A stretch of DNA of 62,930 nucleotides, the filler included, from Octopus bimaculoides (lineage: Eukaryota): NCBI RefSeq assembly GCF_001194135.2. It is 9 parts of 7 records of this genome, joined end to end, with 100 filler letters (N's around TTAATTAATTAA, not from the genome) between each part and the next. Parts side by side here need not be neighbours in the genome. Positions count along the whole stretch, not along the records: positions 58,573 to 60,811 come from NW_026428306.1; positions 60,912 to 62,930 come from NC_068982.1; 7 more parts are not named here. One strand, 5' to 3'. Under the pieces are notes generated by a model that worked only from the letters and a program-made list of their open reading frames with translations, made no database searches and was not told the DNA's origin. Shown in pieces: positions 60,394 through 62,930 of the stretch. Numbering within the stretch: the first letter of the stretch is position 1; the number at the start of each line of letters is the position of its first letter. The position numbers and the translations under genes were made by a program.

Positions 60394-61284
60394 GATAGAG
60401 AGAGAGGTAGACTAGTCATTAGATATGTATACACATGCATACATTCCTTTGCATATCCAAATACATATTCACAAATGTATACATGTATACACACAGATAT
60501 ATAGATCTAGACATATGTATACGTTTACCTATATCTGTTCGCACACAGGTATATGCACATCTCTGACACACACGCATAGAACTAAACACACAAACAAACA
60601 CACACACACACACGCATACAGAAGAGAGATATTAGCAATAATATTACCCAACTTACGTCTTAAATGCCCTAGTCTCTCTCTTTTCCCTCTCTCTCACTCT
60701 GTGTGTGTGTGTGTGTATTCATACATACATAATTATAATACATACATATATTAGTATATATATATATATATGTATGCGTGCATATATAAATATATATATA
60801 TATATATATATNNNNNNNNNNNNNNNNNNNNNNNNNNNNNNNNNNNNNNNNNNNNTTAATTAATTAANNNNNNNNNNNNNNNNNNNNNNNNNNNNNNNNN
60901 NNNNNNNNNNNTATATATATATATATATGCACATACACACACGCATACACACACATAAGTACATATTTACATATGTGTGTCGGTAGGTCTGTAAGCAGAT
61001 GTATGTTTGTATATCGTCTGCACTTCATATAGCGGAGAATATTTTTTATAACTGTAGATATATGCTTACATCTGTCTTTATCGTGTTCGCTGTCGTATCA
61101 AATTCCGTACAATTTATATAGTAATGTGCATGTGTCTATTGTTTAATGTCTGTTTTACTTTGCATTATCAATTTATATGTGTGTGTATGAGCTTGTTTGT
61201 TTTATGCTATTCTTATATTATATTATGCGTACACACTCAGATAAGCACCTATATCATGTGTGTATGTGTGTCTCTTTTCCAATA

Positions 61285-61478
61285 TAGGCACGAGGCCTGA
61301 AATTTGAGAGGAAGAGGATAGTTGATTGCATTTACCGCAGTGCTCAACTGGTGCTGATTTCATCGCCTCCACCCTCGAGAGAATGAAAGGCAAAGTCGAC
61401 CCTCGGCAGGATTTGAACTCAGAACATATCGTTAATCGTTTTGTCCGACGAGTTAACCATTCTGGCTGCTCGCCACCT

Positions 61479-61479
<1 letters not shown>
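61285..61479 (-). mobile_element. SINE family D
   Basis: ataggcacgaggcctgaaattt...gaatgaaaggcaaagtcgaccctcggcaggatttgaactcagaac...tcgccacctta, homologous to 26130-26324. Confidence 0.7.
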
Positions 61480-61556
<77 letters not shown>

Positions 61557-61575
61557 TGTATTTTGTATATGAATT

Positions 61576-61609
<34 letters not shown>

Positions 61610-62800
61610 TAGATAGATNNNNNNNNNNNNNNNNNNNNNNNNNNNNNNNNNNNNNNNNNNNNNNNNNNNNNNNNNNNNNNNNNNNNNNNNNNNNNNNNNN
61701 NNNNNNNNNNNNNNNNNNNNNNNNNNNNNNNNNNNNNNNNNNNNNNNNNNNNNNNNNNNNNNNNNNNNNNNNNNNNNNNNNNNNNNNNNNNNNNNNNNNN
61801 NNNNNNNNNNNNNNNNNNNNNNNNNNNNNNNNNNNNNNNNNNNNNNNNNNNNNNNNNNNNNNNNNNNNNNNNNNNNNNNNNNNNNNNNNNNNNNNNNNNN
61901 NNNNNNNNNNNNNNNNNNNNNNNNNNNNNNNNNNNNNNNNNNNNNNNNNNNNNNNNNNNNNNNNNNNNNNNNNNNNNNNNNNNNNNNNNNNNNNNNNNNN
62001 NNNNNNNNNNNNNNNNNNNNNNNNNNNNNNNNNNNNNNNNNNNNNNNNNNNNNNNNNNNNNNNNNNNNNNNNNNNNNNNNNNNNNNNNNNNNNNNNNNNN
62101 NNNNNNNNNNNNNNNNNNNNNNNNNNNNNNNNNNNNNNNNNNNNNNNNNNNNNNNNNNNNNNNNNNNNNNNNNNNNNNNNNNNNNNNNNNNNNNNNNNNN
62201 NNNNNNNNNNNNNNNNNNNNNNNNNNNNNNNNNNNNNNNNNNNNNNNNNNNNNNNNNAGATAGATAGATAGACAGACAGACAGATACATACATATGTATA
62301 CATATATATATATGCACACATATTCTACGTACACTAATGTATTACCTGTCCTATAACTCATAATGATAAGGGTAGGTAATATCAGGTAATATTATATAGA
62401 TGCAATCAATTTTTATTTTATTTTAAACAAATTCTGCAGTTGTTATACGAAAAATAATATGAAAACTACTTTTAAAAATAATATTTTTTAAATTTACAAT
62501 AAAATTACATATAACAAATTTTAATTTTTTTTATATTTCCAATAAAAATATGTTTTAAATAACAATAGTTCTGTTTAACTACGAATTAATTCTTCATAGA
62601 GCTTTAGGTGATAAGGACCACAGTACCAAAATTATATACCTAAAATTAATATAGGGCGTCATATGACGATAGCACGGTAGGTACTGTATAGTAAGAGGAA
62701 TAAATCCAATACTATGAAAGTTGTCTCCCTTTATAGGACGGACAAACAAATTTTAAAATGGAGACACTGCCAATTGCATTATCAAAATATACATGCGTAC

Positions 62801-62841
<41 letters not shown>

Positions 62842-62930
62842 CATTTCTTTTATTAGCCACACAGGGCTCAACGAAGATGGGACAAATACAATGTAGAGCT
62901 TTTCTTTTTGGGAGGGGGAAGGAAGGAAAA

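Overview
AT-rich, microsatellite- and transposon-dense animal genomic DNA from a gapped draft assembly. The repeat families resemble those of coleoid cephalopods such as Octopus (inference). Two host genes are visible, both on the minus strand. (1) The 5' part of a TRAF6-like RING E3 ligase gene: exons 2742-2682 and 2471-2300, too short for the ORF track. (2) The terminal coding exon of a DIPK1/FAM69 divergent kinase gene (21207-20500), whose upstream exons were not found in the remaining ~41 kb. The rest is mostly mobile DNA: RTE-clade LINE fragments, R4/Dong-like RLE retroelements that start directly at (TAA)n tracts, Neptune-type Penelope-like elements (PLEs), mariner remnants, hAT MITEs, Helitron ends and several tRNA-derived SINE families. 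The most interesting signal is at 52527-53056: two head-to-head copies of a tRNA-headed (A/B box) short element whose 3' part contains a PLE-type minimal hammerhead ribozyme. Degenerate hammerhead cores also sit at the 3' ends of two convergent PLEs near 36.2-36.45 kb. There are no rRNA genes, bona fide tRNA genes, CRISPR arrays or prokaryotic features. Element boundaries are manual estimates unless a TSD, TIR or splice site is quoted.
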